DNA from: Eledone cirrhosa
Taxonomy: Eukaryota
Reading direction: 5' to 3'
DNA: 64,000 nucleotides
NCBI GenBank assembly: GCA_964016885.1
Contig: CAXHJY010000724.1
Location: forward strand, 60,880 to 124,879
The position numbers and the translations under genes were made by a program. Below are positions 1 through 17,400 of the stretch, in pieces. Position 1 is the stretch's first letter, and each line of letters begins with the position of its first letter. A model generated the notes under the pieces. The model was not told where the DNA came from. It did not search any database and saw nothing but the letters and a program-made list of their open reading frames with translations.

Positions 1-2144
<2,144 letters not shown>

Positions 2145-4903
2145 CGTTCTTTGAGACACAGTCATTGATGTTAGTTAACTAGAAAGTTTGTTGAAATGAA
2201 TATCAAGCCACTACCTGCAGCATCAGATATTAATGACGTATCGGAGGGTTCTTGCTGTTCCCAGCAAGCATGCCTTTTGAAGTGTTCCAAAAAGCGGGGC
2301 TGGACTAATTTTCTTTGACCATCCCTGGAAAATCTTTGAGATAGTACCTAGTGCGCCTATGACAATCGGGACAACTTTGACTTCATGGCAGTTCCAAATC
2401 CTTTTTACCTCCCACTTTACGTCCTGGTATCGGTTAATTTTCTCACTCTCCTTCTCTTGCACTCTCGTGTCGAATGGGCAGGCTACATCTACAATCAGAC
2501 ACGATCTTTTTTCCTTGTACAAAACCACCAGGTCAGGTCTATTGTGTTCCAGATTCTTGTCCGTCTGTATCCTAAAACCCACAGCACCTTCACCTGATCG
2601 TTTTATATCACCCACTCTGGCTTATGCTCATACCACTTCTCAGAATGTGGTAAATTGTTTACTTTGCATAGGGGCCAGTGGATCACGCTGCCCAACACAT
2701 CATGTCTGCAGCTTTTATAGTGAGTCTGGGCTAGGAGTTTACACTCGGATACAATGTGAGCCACAGTCTCCTATCTCTCTCCACTGATCCTACACACTTG
2801 GTAAGACTCCTCCTTGTAAATATGGTGTTTCACCCACTTCATTTTGAGGGCCTACTCTTGCGCAGCCATTAGCATTCCTTCTGTAGTCTTTTTAAGGTCT
2901 CCTCTTTTCAACCAGTTCCATGTCTGTGGATCTCTAAATTCAGTTTTCTCAAAGAAGGTAATATGAACGGATTTTTCATGAAGGTTGCTCTTCCTCCTCG
3001 TTGTTATTTCCTCCTTGGACATACCCTGGTCTATTGTCCTCTCCTTCATTACAATTCTGAGCATTGTCTCTCTACTATCAGTCATGTATTTGTGTAGGTT
3101 GTTTTTCTCCATCTGAACACAGTCCTCTATGCTGATAAGACATCTTCCACCATCAGATCTCCTTAAGTAGAGTCTATCGACATCCCTCCTCTTGTGGAAC
3201 ATGTTGTAGATAGTCAATGGCTTCCTAGTCTTCCTATCCATTTCTTTTTGTTCAGCAACATTCCATTCCAGAATTCCCGCACTGTACCTATTAATAGACA
3301 GAGCTCGGGAATGTACTGCACTTATGGCATTCCTACTGTTCAGATGTGATTTTAATACGCTCCTTACTCTCCTAATATACTCAGATGTTATCAATTCCTT
3401 CATGTTTTTGTTCTGGATGGCCTCTGCCTCCAAAACACCTAAATATTTGTATCATTCTTCAGTGTCAATTTACTTTATAATCTCACCTGTTGGAACCTGG
3501 ATTCCGTTTCTTCTGCTCAATTTACCCCACTTCACCGCTAGGGCTCCACACTTACTAATACCGAATTGCATACATATATTATTGCTGAAAAAAACGGACA
3601 GTGTCAAGAAGCACATCCAACTCCTTCTCACTCTTCCCGAATAGCTTAAGATCGTCCATGAAGAGGAGGTGATTGATGGTAAGCTTTCCTTTTCCCAACT
3701 TGTATCCTGCTCTCACTTTTCGCAGTATAATGGTCAGGGGGATCAGGGCAAGGAGAAACAACAGAGGGGACAAACTATCTCCCTGGAATATACCTCTCTT
3801 GTCCTTCACTCTTCCCAATGATTATCCACCCGATGTTAACTCTGTTTTCGAGGACTTCATACTTCTGCTCAACAACTGTCTGATGTCATCTGCCACCTTG
3901 AAGATCATTAGGCTTTTGGTTATCCAAGAATGAGGTACCATGTCGAATGCCTTTTTGTAGTCTATCCATCCCATGGCAAGACCAGCGTGCCTCCTCTTGC
4001 AATTCCTCATTACCATCTTATCAATAAGTAATTGGTCCTTTGTACCACGGGACTTATTTTGGCATCATTTCTGTTCGCCCGGTAACAAGTTGTTTATGTG
4101 GAGGTGATGGTGGTTTTCCTCAGACACAATGCTTGTTAACAGTTTCCACATTACTGACAGACATGTGATAAGTCTATAGTTGGTAACATCATTACGCTTG
4201 ATTAATAGAACTGTGGTACCTTTTGTCAACCACTCTGGTACCTCATGTGACATCAAGCAGTCATTGAACATGGTTGTCAGCTTCGGGTGGAGGGATGTTA
4301 TATGTTTAATCCAATACCCATGCACACCATCTGGGCTGGTGATTTCCAGTTTGTTAGTCTTTTGGCCTGCCCCATAAGAGTTTCAACTGTGATACTCAAA
4401 TCAGTTTGTTGGTGTGCCTGTTCACTAATCTCCTTTTGTACTGTCTCAATCCACACTGCCTGGTCATTATGTTTAACATCCTGTCCCATATTCCTCTCCA
4501 GAAGGTCTTAGTTTGTTCCGCCTCAGGCATCAATCGTTGCCTCTTACTTTCCCTTCAAGCTGTCCAAACAGCATCTTCTGGTTGTTGTCAAACATGCGGT
4601 TCTGTCTATACTGACTGACTCTGCTCTCGTATTGCTTGATTTTGCAATCTTTGCTACAATGCGTTGCTTCAGTTCCTCTATGATAATATTTAGCTTTTTC
4701 CTCCTAGTTTTGTACTTTATTTCCAGTTTATTTTTAGTGTCTATGTTCTTTAGTGACCTATTCAGTAGGGACTCAAGCTTTCCAATGTCTTTTCTCATTT
4801 CCCTGATTTGACAATTCAGTCGTTTCATCCACCAAGGCTCTGATCTTTGTTGTTTGTTGTTTGCTCTCGCTTTTAACCCACGTAATTTCCTCACAGCATT
4901 TGC
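2145..4903 (-). mobile_element. R4/Dong-clade element, family B; 5'-truncated, degenerate
   Basis: IFQGDSLSPLLF and LLFMDDLKL (RT). C-terminal RLE motifs RPDLVV..IVDVACPFD..EKINRY..VVPIVIGALG. Flanked by (TTA)n on both sides. Confidence 0.92.

Positions 4904-4961
<58 letters not shown>
4904..4961. repeat. (TTA)n microsatellite
   Basis: Directly visible. Confidence 0.97.
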
Positions 4962-7900
4962 GAATGCTATGGTTGACGGAGGCTCGGCTCTGTAAGGTAT
5001 TGTAAATTGTGACCGCTATAACAATTGTAAACTGTTTAAAACTTTAACCCAATTGTAGACAAAAACACCCTGTTCCTCGTCAGAGGTTCTTTCAGCCCGT
5101 TATTTGGCCCTTCGGGTTTAAATAACCGCTTATTAGGGTTCTGTGCCCAATATTTATTTTAAACAAACAAAAAACATGGCTACAACAAATAATTTTCATA
5201 GGTCACTCCCACTCATTCCGTCTTCTTCTTCCTCAATCGTCACTACAGCAGAGAGAATATTGTCTCTCTCCCTCCCTTCTCTAAATATGTATCTCTCCCT
5301 CCCTTCTCTTTCGAAAGCGACGCCAGAAAAGAAAAATCACGTGCAAAGCATGCAAGATTTCTCCACGACGACGACGACAACGACGAAAAAGGTGTGCGGG
5401 AAATACGAAAACCCATTTCATTCATCTGACGTCATGAATAATACCAGTAGCAGCTGTAATATCAGCAGCAGCCACAACAGTGACAAGGAAAACAACAGTA
5501 GCAGCATAAACATCAACAGCATTAGCAGTAAAGGCAACAACAACAGCAGCAGCAACAACAACAACAACCACAGCAACAGCGGCGGCGGCAGTAGTCGTAA
5601 TACCTTCAGCAACAACAAAAGTAACAGCAGCTCTGACGACAACAACAACAACAACACCAGCAGCAAAGAAAAACCGTCTCGTTTGCAGATATCGCAAAGA
5701 ACCTGGAAACCATCCTCATAACAAATGAGGAATTACAGGAAGCGAAGAAGATGGTGAGAAAAACCGTACACCGAGCAATCTGCAAGGCAGCCGAAAAATG
5801 TTTCGAAATCCAACAGCACTGTACGGTCACGTACCGTACAGTAAGTACAACATCCCGTAGGGTTGAAAGAGCCACAGAGGCTCAAATACAAAAAGCCTTA
5901 GGGTCTGTGTGGCAGCGGAAAACGCATAACACCCGAGGCATGAAATATGCCACCGTAGACGTGCTTTTTGCCACACCCCAGGAGGCAAATGCTCAATCAT
6001 TAGTGACCCTAAGGAGCAAGGAAATGGTGTTGGTGCACTCCTACTGCGGGCAAAAAAATTATGAGGGTGAAACTGATCCCTCCCCCCCCCCCCCCTCCGG
6101 GATGGCCCCTTCTTGGCTGGCCGCGCCGGTCCTCGTCGGAATCGGGGACAAAACAACTGTACTGCAAGTACAGAAAAAATTAAGAGAAGATTAGGTCGGC
6201 ACCTCCATTGAGAGGTTAATCCAAACCAACCAGGAGTGCATCGAAGCTATCCCGGATGTGATAGACTTCGATAACGGCACTCAACTGCCCATAAGTGTTG
6301 AGGGCAAAAGCCCGAAATTATTTCGCTGTGGATCGAAGTCTCACCTCAGGGACTTCTGCAACGAGAAGACCCTGAGAAAGGAGAAAACCCCCCTCTTTCC
6401 GAAACCGGCTCCACGGCTACCAGCAACAGGACAAGCGGCAACCAGGAACGATAGGTCAGTGGCACACATACCCACGCCAGGGAAATTAAAAACAGCAGCA
6501 GCAGTGGAAATATTAACAACAACAACAGCAATACCAAATGCAGCTGCAACAGAGACTCCAGTGCAAACATCACCAACAACAACAAGTAAAAGAGTGGAGC
6601 TGGTACCCCTCCCCGACCTCACAGAATCAGACATGGAGTGTGAGGTGGGAGAGGGATGGCAAAAGATCGTAAGAAGGCACACACGCAGAGCAGCGCATCG
6701 TTGCCTTCGAAAAGGGAGGAAAGAAATGAAAAAAAGGTAAAGACTACTGCAAAGAGACTCACAGCAGCAACACCACCAACATCATCACCACCCACAATAG
6801 CACCACCATCACCACCGGCGACAACCCCACCGCCAACAACAACAACACCTTCAACACCACCACCACAAGCACCAACATCGCAAACACAACAGCGAAACAC
6901 ACACACCCAGCAACAACGACAAGGAAATAGCACTCTCAGAAGAACAAACGCACGGCAATAAATACACACAACAAGAAACTAATGACTTACATAATTGAAC
7001 ACACAGACATTTCACAGCACGACTACATAATATCAGCACCAATCAAAACGCCAACGAACATAAGACTGGTAAAAAATAGCACAGAAATAATACACAAACA
7101 TTAAAACGAAATTCCCCAAAGCAGTTGGTGATTTCAGAAACCTAGGAGGGTCTCTCAACCGGAGAGTATATTCGGACATACTCATAGAAGAGTCATCGAC
7201 CAGCCGAAGGGACGATTCAACGGTCCCTTCACCAGACGATCAAGTGAAAAGGGATGGAGAAACCATCCTTCCTCTACGAAAAGTACGGTAAGTGGTCTTT
7301 CCCATCTTGTCCAGTCCATTTTAAACATGACCTCACTCAGAATAGGCAGTATAAATGCGCGTGGCTTGGGGTCGTCATGGAAGCAGGGTCACCTGCTCAC
7401 TGACCTCAGGTCACTAAACATAGATGTAGTGAGGCTCAGCGAGACCAGAATCTCCGAAGCACGGGCCTTCGCACCGATCTTCGGCGGCTACGATGTGTAC
7501 GCATCTCCCAGCCGTCCTGGATCGGGGGGAGGAGTTGCTGTGATTTTTCGGAGAGGTTTTGATTTCGCCATACGGGCCTTCTTCCTGGACCCAGAAGGTA
7601 AGTTGGTGGTGCTGGACTTGACCAGCGGAGACGGGCAAACTTTCAGGCTAGTGGCCGTCTATGTTCCGACAGGAGTAGGGCGGCCTGATTTCTTCCTGCG
7701 TCTGGAGACCTTTCTTGGAACGTCCCGCTCTTTATCGTTAGTGGGCGACTGGAAAGGGATCTTAGATGCACGCTGGGACTGTGTGGGATTAGCGGATAGG
7801 GGTGGAGGGTGCAAGAGCCTCACAAACCTGCTCAGGCGTTTTGAACTGTCTGACAGGTACCGATTGGATTTCAGGAATGTGCCAATGTGGACTTGGAGAA

Positions 7901-10900
7901 ATCGCATAGGGTCATCCATATCATATCTAGATAGAGTAATTTGTAGGGAAATAGATAGGTCTAGCATAGGGTGTCCACAATTCAAGATAGTCAGCTACAC
8001 GGACCACGAATTCTCGATCTGTGTGCTTGAGTTAGATAGGTTTCATAGACGAGGAACCGGCTACTGGAAGCTAAACGCGTCCTTACCAGCGCGCAAGGCC
8101 TACAGAGACAGGATTAGCGAACTAGTTAAGCGGGCGTTGACGGGGGCCATGGTCAACAACAAGTGGCGGTTTGCTCTGAAAAGAGCGATTAGAATAGAAT
8201 CCATTAGGTTTAGTAAGGCTTTAATAATAGAAAAAAATAGAGCAGAGGGAGAACTAGTTAGAAAATTAGACGAGGCGCTTAGCAAAGGCATCGCGACAGA
8301 CGTGCTTGCGGCGAAATTGGCCCTTGACAAATTTGTCAATGCAAAGCACGAAGGCTGCGTTGTCAGAGCTAGGGTGCGTGCTCTCAGACACGAGGGGAAG
8401 AAAGACGTTCAATGGGACGAGTGGCGGAGGCAAATCATGGCAACAAAGCCACGATCCGGTCTTTGGTGGACCACGACGGGCGCATGCTACTCGATCCCGG
8501 GCAAATGTGTGAAGCTTTTCAGCGACACTTCGCACAGCTGTTCGGGGGCAGCGATATGCCGGGTCGAGGGAAGGACTTTAGTGTCTACATCAACGTACTG
8601 CCGCGGCTCTCGGCCACTGAAGCAGAGTGTTGCGAAAAGCCGATAACAGCCGCTGAGGTACGGGAGGCAATGACTGTCTGCACAAGGTGTAAATCGCCTG
8701 GTTTGGATGGTCTGCCATATGAACTTTACGTACAGATGCCAGACTTGTTCGGAGGCCTCTTGGCGGACGTCTACTGCAACTGGCAACAGAATGGGAGAAT
8801 TCCCAGCTCTGTGAGCCGAGGGGCGGTGGCACTGCTGAGAAAGGATCCGAACAAGGGGATAACATAGATAATTTCAGGCCCATAACTCTGCTAAACACAG
8901 AGTTCAAGATTTTGGCCAAGGTGCTAGTAAAGAGGTTGGCGCTTGTCGTTGGTGGTCTGGTTGGAGAGGCGCAGACGTGCGCCATTCCCGACAGATCCAT
9001 CCACGACAACCTCCACCTCATGCGATACATCGTAGAGAGGGTAGCTAGGGAACCTGGCACGGGTGGGTCCTTGATCAATTTAGATCAATCGAAAGCTTTC
9101 GATAGGGTCGACCATCGTTACCTAGCGGCAGTCCTGAGGGCGGCTGGCTTTGGGCCCGTCTTCAGAGCTGGAACGCTGCCATGTACAGCGATATCTGCTC
9201 TGTGGTGAGAGTGAATGTCACCTTTCGGAACTTCCAACATCATGCGCTCGGTCCGCCAAGGATGTCCCCTCTCGTCCCTTTTGTACGTATTGACTCTCGA
9301 GCCATTACTGCACAAACTGGGAACGTTAAGTGGCGTCCGGCACGAACTAGGATGCGGAAGATCCGTGTCAGCATATGCGGACGATGTCACATAGTGGTGT
9401 CGAACGCCAAACACATCGAGGCGATCGGCACTACACTAAGAGAATACGAAGCGGTGACAGGAGCAATGATCAACCAGGAAAAGTCAGTGGGCCTGCAGCT
9501 CGGCACCTGGAGAGGCAGGTCCAAGCCATCCAACAGCGACGTCGGACGCTGGACGGACGGACCGGTTAAATTGCTAGGGGTCTGGTTCGGTCCGGACCTC
9601 CAGACGGACAAACACTGGGACGAGGTGACGAGCAGGGTGGCTTCTCTCACCCAGAAATGGGCGGAGAGGAAGCTATCCCTGAAAGGTCGAGCGGAGGTGG
9701 CTAACGCGTATATCGCGTCCGTCATCTACTACGGCCTGACCGTAGTACCTTTTCCTAAGCCCCGCCTAACAGCGCTGGAGCTTTTGCTCTTTCGCTTTTT
9801 GTGGAAGGGACGCGCTCCGATGGTCAGGCGCTCCATCGGTGGTCAACATCCACTACATGGAGCGCTGGGCTTGCCGTGGCTGATGATGCGCAGACACGCG
9901 CTCAGGATACGACATCTCCACCTCTTCCTCGACGATGATCAGGTGTTGTCGCTGTTTGCTCGACACGTTATTCCCCAGCTCGTCTCCTTGGCGGAGCTGC
10001 AGTCCTGGGTCAAGCGAAGACTGAGAGGGTGCGCCTGGAGACTGGAATGTCTTCAGGCGCTCAGAGCCCTCGACCAATCGGACCAATGTGATCGGTGGAA
10101 ACTCCACCTCGGCGTTCTATAGAGGATTAGTGGAGGGGAAGAGCGACGACGTACTTAGACAAACTCTAGGCGTCGATGAAAATCAACTAGCCAATCTCTT
10201 CGGAAGGACTTTCGGGCCGGAGCCTATGGACAAATTCCAGAAATCCCTGGCCTGGCAGTGCTACCGGGGAGCTTTGCCAGTTCGGGATAAACTCTACAGG
10301 CATGGAGGTGGCGTCAGCCGAGCATGTCCGAGATGCGCGCAGAGCGACTAAACCGTCCTGCGCGCACTCGTCCAGTGTCCGAGCATTGCGAACTTGTGGG
10401 TTTATGTCGAACACCTGCTGTCGCGTGTAGGACGGATCCAGCTATCAGCTGAGTCCATCGTGAGGATTGCCCCGCCCTCTTCCTTTAGCCGGCAAGGGCA
10501 GTCAGTTTTTATCTGTCTGTTGGCCATGGCGAAAGAGATAGTGTGGTGGACACGTTTGAAAGGGCTGATGACTTTTTCAAATTTCATTTGAAAAGGAAAA
10601 TCAGAGTAGAGAGGGAAGTGCTCTCTTCCCAGCATTTTATTGAAAGATTGGTGAGAGAAGCAAGAATGGCCAGAGTGAATAGGCCTACTCTGTGTACGTA
10701 TCTGTAAATTAAAGGAGGAAAACTGGGAGAGGGCACTTGCCTTGGTGGTCAGGGTCACCGAGCCTTTTACTGGGCTTTCTCCACAAATGTCCCTCGGAAG
10801 TCTCCCCCCTATTGGGGAATTTGTCATTGTTATTTTTTGTTACATCCTCTGTTTTTGATTTTTACACGCAGAAATGACCGTTTGTACCCTCCAGTATCGT

Positions 10901-10956
10901 CCTGCACTCTCCTTAAGGTCTACTTTATGTAAACCCTTGTGGTTAATAAAGAACTC
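4962..10956 (+). mobile_element. Tx1-clade (L1 group) non-LTR retrotransposon; full length but frameshifted (copy 1)
   Basis: ORF1 fragments include an Asn/Ser-rich N-terminus, a degenerate zinc knuckle FRCGSKSHLRDFC and a Pro/Thr-rich region. ORF2 from 7327 has APE motifs (INARG, GDW, YLDR, TDH), RT motifs (FRPITLLN, LDQSKAFDRV, YADD) and C-terminal CPRC. AATAAA at 10945. (TTA)n on both sides. Confidence 0.93.
7327..10708 (+). pseudogene. Tx1 ORF2 (APE endonuclease + RT), disrupted by frameshifts
   Basis: Overlapping ORF pieces 7327-8646, 8412-8867, 8912-9208, 9181-10122, 10088-10351 and 10394-10591 are collinear with the ORF2 at 60041-63504. Confidence 0.88.
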
Positions 10957-10995
10957 ATTATTATTGTTATTATTATTATTTTTATTATTATTATT

Positions 10996-13900
10996 CTTTT
11001 AGTCTCAGTCATTGATGTTAGTTAACTGGAAAGTTTTTTGAAATGAATATCCAGCCACTACCTGCAGTCTCAGATATTCAGGACTTATCGGAGGGTTCTT
11101 GCTGTTTCCAGCAAGCATGCCTTTGGAAGCGTTACAAAAAGCGTGAAGGGGCCAATTTTCTTTAACCATCCCTGTAAAGTTTTTGAGATAGTACCTAGTG
11201 CGCCTATGACAATCGGGACAACTTTGACATCATGGCAGTTCCAATTCCTCTTTAAGTCCTGGTATCGGTTAATTTTCTCCCTCTCCCTCTCTTGCACTCT
11301 CGTGTCGAATGGGCAGGCCACATCCACAATCAGACACGATTTTTTTCTTTGTCCAAAGCCACCAGGTCAGGTCTATTGTGTTCCAGTTTCTTGTCCGTCT
11401 GTATCCTAAAATCCCACAGCACCTTCACCTGATCGTTTTCTATCACCGACTCTGGCTTATGCTCATACCACTTCTCAGAATGTGGTAAATTATTTACTTT
11501 GCATAGGTGCCAGTGGATCACCCTGCCCATCACATCATGTCTCCAGCCCTTATAGTGAGTCTGGGCTAGGTGATTACACTCGGATACAATGTGAGCCACA
11601 GTCTCCTCTCTCTCTCCACAGATCCTGCACAGTGGGCTAGCCTATTCCTTGTAAATATGGTGTTTCAACCACTTCGTTTTGAGGGCCTGCTCTTTCGCAG
11701 CCATTAGCATTCCTTCTGTAGCCTTTTAAGGTTTCCTCTTTTCAACCAGTTCCATGTCTGTGGATCGCTGAATTCAGTTTTCTCAAAGAAGGTACTATGA
11801 AGGGATTTTTCATGGAGGCTTCCATTTCTCCTTGTTCTTATTTCCTCCTTGGACATCCCCTGGTCTATTGTCCTCTCCTTCAGTAGAGTTCTGAGCATTG
11901 GCTCCTTACTATCAGTCATGTATTTGTGTAGGTTGTTTTTCTCCATCTGAACACAGTCCTCGATGCTGATACGATCTCTTCCACCTTCTGATCTCCTTAA
12001 GTAGAGTCTATCGACATCACTCCTCCTGTGGAACATGTTGTAGATAGTCAATATCTTCCTAGTCTTCCTAGCCATTTCTTATTGTTCAGCAACGTTCCCT
12101 CTCAGAATTCCCGCACTGTACCTAATAATAGCCACAGCTCGGGAATTTACTGCACTTATGGCATTCCTACTGTTCATATGTGACTTTAATACGCTCCTTA
12201 CTCTCCGAATGTATTCAGTTCTGAACAATTCCTTCATTTTTTTTGTTATTGATGTCATCAGCCTCCAGAACACCCAAATACTTGTATCCTTCTTCAGTGT
12301 CAATTTCCTTTATCATCTCACCTGTTGGTACCTGGATTCCGTTGCTTCTGTTCAATTTACCCCTCTTCATCACAAGGACTCCACACTTACTAATACCAAA
12401 TTGCATACATTTATCATTGCTGAAAATACGGACAGTGTCAACAAGCACATCCAACTCCTTCTCACTCTTCCCGAAGAGCTTAAGATCGTCCATGAAGAGG
12501 AGGCGATTGATGGTAAGCTCTCCCTTTCCCAACTTGTATCCTGCTCTCACTTTTCGCAGAATAATGGTCAGGGGTATCAGGGAAAGAACAAACAACAGAA
12601 GGGACAGACTATCTCCCTGGAAGATACCTCTCTTGATCTTCACGCCTCCCAAGGATTCTCCAGCTGATGTTAACTCTGTTTCCCAGGACTTTATATTTTT
12701 GCCCAACAACTGTCTGATGTTATTTTCCACCATGAAGATCTCTAGGCTTTTGGTGATCCAAGAATGAATGCACCATGTCAAATGCCTTTTTGTAGTCTAT
12801 CCATCTTATCAATAAGTAACTGGTCCTTTGTACCACGGGACTTCTTTCGGCATCCTTTCTGTTCGTCCGGTAACAAGTTGTGTGTGTTGATGTGATGGTA
12901 GATTTCCTCAGACATAATACTTGTCAATAGTTTCCACATTACGGACAGACATGTGATCGGTCTATAGTTGGTAACATCATTACCCTAGATTCGATCTTTC
13001 ATTACTAGAACGGTGGTACCTTTTGTCAACCACATCAAGCAGTCATTGAACATGGTTGTCAGTTTCGAGTGGAGGGATGTTATATTCTTAATCCAATACC
13101 CCTGCACACCATCTGGGCCTGGTGATTTCCAGTTGGTTAGTTTTTTGGCCTGCCCCATAAGAGTTTCAACTTTGATACTCAAATCAGTTTGTTGGTGTGC
13201 TTGTTCACTAATCTCCTTTTGTACTGTCTCAATCCACAGTGCTTGGTCATTATGATTTACATCCTGCTCCCATATTTCTCTCCAGAATGTTTTAGTTTGT
13301 TCCGCCTCAGGCATCAAATCGTTGCCTCTTTCTTTCCCTTTAAGCTGTCCAAACAACATCTTCTGGTTGTTGTCAAACATGCGGTTCTGTCTATACTGAC
13401 TGACTCTGCTCTCGTATCGCCTAATTTTTGAACTCTTTGGTACAATGCGTTGCTTCAGTTCCTCTATGATAATATTTAGCTTTTTCCTCCTAGTCTTGCA
13501 CTTTATTTCCAGTCTTTTTAGTGTCTATGTTTTTTAGTGTACCTTTCAGTAGGGACTCAAGCTTTCCAATGTCATTTCTTATTTCCCTGATTTGACCATT
13601 CAGTCGTTTCTTCCACCAAGGCTCTGATTTTTCTTGTTTGTTGTTTCCTCTCGCTTTTATGCCGAGTAATTTCCTCACCGCATTTGCTGTTGCTTTGAGG
13701 ATATTGTTGCACTGGTGAAGGCTCCTCGCCTCAATGTATGGGATGACTTTGTTTACCTTAGGTGTTGTTTCTTTTAGCTTTTTTCTGTCTACAAATCTTA
13801 GGTTCATAGGTTTCCCACTATCATTGTTCAATTCATCTACCACTAAGTTTAGGATATCAACCAAATCTTGTCCTAGCCCGTCAGCATTCATCTCCTCAAT

Positions 13901-14400
13901 GGCCGTATCTCTGTTCCAGGTATTATTTATTTCAGCATTCAGATCATTGTCTGCTTCGGATGGTTCTTCCGTTCTCTCAACCTCTTCACCTTCATTTCCC
14001 ACTGGCTCGTTTGCCTGGCATACTCCACCCTCCATTTCCAACCTAATCTCTCTACTCAGTTCCTCCAGTTCCAGCTCGCTTATCCACCCATTAGTTCTCC
14101 ACCCATTAGTTCTCCTTGGGGATACTCTTCAGGCAACATTGCATAACCGTTCTATTCAATTATTTCGTCCAGTTGGTTCTGATCCCTTTCCTTTCCCTTC
14201 TTCTTCTTCCTCCGACACCAGCAGTATTCGGTTGACAGCCAGGTCCCTGCTGCTGAGCCAGGGAGCACCTACTGGGTGAGTGTCTGTCACATGACATTCC
14301 AGTCTCCACTTCACCCTTATTCAAACTGTTTAGGTTCGACATTTAAACACTATTATCGAGGATTGGTGAATGTATGGTTGCATAGCCACCGGTTACATAA
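10996..14400 (-). mobile_element. R4/Dong-clade element, family B; near full length, degenerate
   Basis: RT (GIFQGDSLS, FMDDLKL), zinc knuckle/RHD (HIVSEC..WRHD) and RLE (RPDLV, DVACPFD). The N-terminus is present at 14160-14342. TTA tracts at 10957-10995 and 14402-14424. Confidence 0.92.
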
Positions 14401-14424
14401 CTATTGTTATTATTATTATTATTA

Positions 14425-17400
14425 TAGTTGCATGTATCTTGCTTTATGTTCATACGAGTTATCACCAAGTCACAACCAGTGACCTCAAGAGACAACAAGG
14501 TCCACCATGTTCAAGAAAGAACATACATATTCACACATGCATCTTTAGTGTTTAGACTTGTGATGTACTTATATTGACAGAATCTTCCTCAGTATATGAG
14601 CAGTTCCCATTAGTACTATCTTTTGTATTTCTCCTATACGCGGGTTTCCTGGGATTTGCGATATGTAATCATTAGACCCCTTAGGTATCATTCCCAGAGC
14701 GCCTACAACCACTGGTATTGTTTTACATCTCAATTTCCACATGTTTCCAATTTCTATCTCCAGGTCCATATACTTGCTCAATTTTTCAAAGGTTTTTATA
14801 GATACATTCTTGTCTATTGGAACAGACATATCAATTAGCAGGCATGCCCTCTTTTGAAAGTCCTTCAATATTATATCAGGTCCATTTGCATCTATTTTTC
14901 GGTCTGTTTGGTTGCTAAAGTTCCACAAGATTGAGATGTGATCTTTTTCAAGTATGGGAGGTGGTTGATGCTCCCACCAATTCTTTTGATGGGGCAGGTC
15001 AAAATGCTTACACATTAACCAATGTATGTATTGTGCAGCTCTGTCATGCCTGTTTAGGTATTCGGTTGGAGCTATAGGACTGCACATTGAAATTATATGG
15101 TCAATGGTCTCTGGTTGTTTTTTGCATACACGGCATAATGGGCTGCACCCATTTTTTATTATGTTGGCTTGGTAATTTTTTGTTGGCAGACACTGAATTT
15201 GTGCTGATATAATCAGTCCTTTAGTCTCCGATTTCAGTCCAGAGGATGCCAACCACTGATGGGTTAAAGTTTTGTCAACATCAGGATTGTTAGCTCGCTC
15301 TGGGTATTTTCCATACAGAGGCTTTTCTTGCCATTTCTTAGCCAGTTTCTGTAGCAGTTCTTTCTTTGCAGTTACTTTTACCTGCTTTGCTTTTTCTGTG
15401 TTTTCCATTTCAGCAGTAAATGGGACTTCTGAAATTTGTAGTCCATTACTGTATCTTTGTGCATCTTTTGTAATGGAATATGATCTGTTGATGCTTTCGT
15501 GTTTCAAAACGAGTTTGATCATCCAATCATGTGATTCCCTTAGATATGTAGATAATCCAATTGTTGCAGTTTTCAACGCAATGTCTAACTGGATTAACCC
15601 ACGTCCTCCTTCTTTCCTACGGAGATATATTCTATCCATATCTGCCTTAGGGTGATGCATTCTGTGCATCGTTAAGAATTTTCGAATTTTTGTATTGAGC
15701 CTACGCATCTCTGTGCTTGACCAGTTGATGACATTGTAACTGTAGGTTACTACTGGTATGGCAAGCGTGTTTATGGCATCGATCCTATACCTTGCATTCA
15801 TTTCCGTTCTTAAGATTGCTCTTACTCTGCAGTAACATTGCTTCCTTATCATTTCCCTCATTGTCGAGTGCTTGATTCCGTCTCCTTCACAAACACCTAG
15901 ATATTTGTAAGTTTTTTCTTGATCAAGTTCTCTTATCACGTTCCCCCGATCAAGATTAATGTCTGAACTCTTCAGCAGCTTTCCTCTGGTGAACGTTGCT
16001 TTGGCGCATTTATCTAGTCCAAACTCCATTTTAATGTCATCACTGAACTGCTCCACAGTGGATAATAGCCCTTGCAATTGTTCATCATTTTTTTGCAAAT
16101 AGTTTCAGGTCATCCATGTAGAACAAGTGATTAATGGTTTTGTCATAGACTTTATATCCATGTTTTGTTTCATTGAGCATTTTACTTAATGGTATAAGTG
16201 CGATGCAGAATAAAAGCGGTGATAAAGAGTCACCCTGAAAAATTCCGCAATTAATATTAACTTCTCCAGCTTCCAGTGATTTTGTTTCACTATTCAAAAG
16301 GAGTGTCGTTTTCCATGTCTTCATACTGAATGACAAAAACCTCCTGACAACGGGAGATATTTTGAAAATCTCTAAACATTTTCCAAGCCAACTGTGTGGC
16401 AAACTATCGAATGCTTTTTTTATAATTTATCCAAGCAATCGATAGATTTTTGTGTCTATTATTACAATCTTCCAGTATCATTTTGTTAACCAGAGGCTGA
16501 TACTTACAGCCATATGAGCCTCGTTTACACCCTTTCTGCTCAATGGGAAATAGGTCATTTGTTATCAGGTGGTCACATGTGTATTCAGTTAGGACTGATG
16601 TTAAAATTGTATACATTGTGGTCAAGCAAGTTATCGGTCTGTAATCTTTGGCATTGTTTGTCTCATCATTCTTCGGAAGCAGGAATGTAATGCCGTTAAC
16701 TAGCCATGATGGTATATTTTCTGGCCCCTTAACTATTTCATTGTAAAGTTGGGCTAACAGCTCATGAGACTCTGTGAAGGCATTTATCCAAAAGTTTTGT
16801 ATTTTGTCTTTTCCTGGGGATTTCCATTTGCTGGTTTTTCTTAGAGCCAAGCGCAACTGTTCAACTGTTATATTTTCCCATATTTGTTCCTCAAGGTGAG
16901 CTGTATCTTTCATTTGTCTGTCTATCCATGGGGCATTTATGTTATGAACTTTTTCTTCGGCCCAGATCTTTTCCCATAATTCTTGCATTTAATCCTTGGG
17001 TGGTATTGATTTAGCAGTTATTGTTGACTTACCAATTTTTCTGTAGAAGTTTCTTCGGTTGTTTTTGAACATATTATTGTCCTTATAGAATCTAGATCGT
17101 TTTTCAAAGCGCCTTATACGAGCAGCTTTGGCCGACACTTTTTCCTTGATCATTACTATCAGCATGTCTATGTCACATGTTGATTTTATACTGTACTTTT
17201 TTTTCAATTCTCTAAATTTAGTTTGTTTAACATGTTCACCTACTTTATAGTTTGTTAAAATGTCTATGTCAGATCGGAGAAGGTTTATTTGGCGATTGAT
17301 GTTCTCTTACCAAGTAAATTTCTTGTGGGAATTCCTTTGTTTTTTCATCTTCACTCCACATAAGTGAGTGGTGACTTTAGACGATGCATAATAGAGATGA

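Noticed and set aside
5060-5140. CTG-TTCCTCGT-CAG in the Tx1 5' UTR, resembling the P3/L3 of an HDV-like ribozyme
   Set aside because: No convincing P1, P1.1 or P4 could be built, and the motif is absent from other Tx1 5' UTRs
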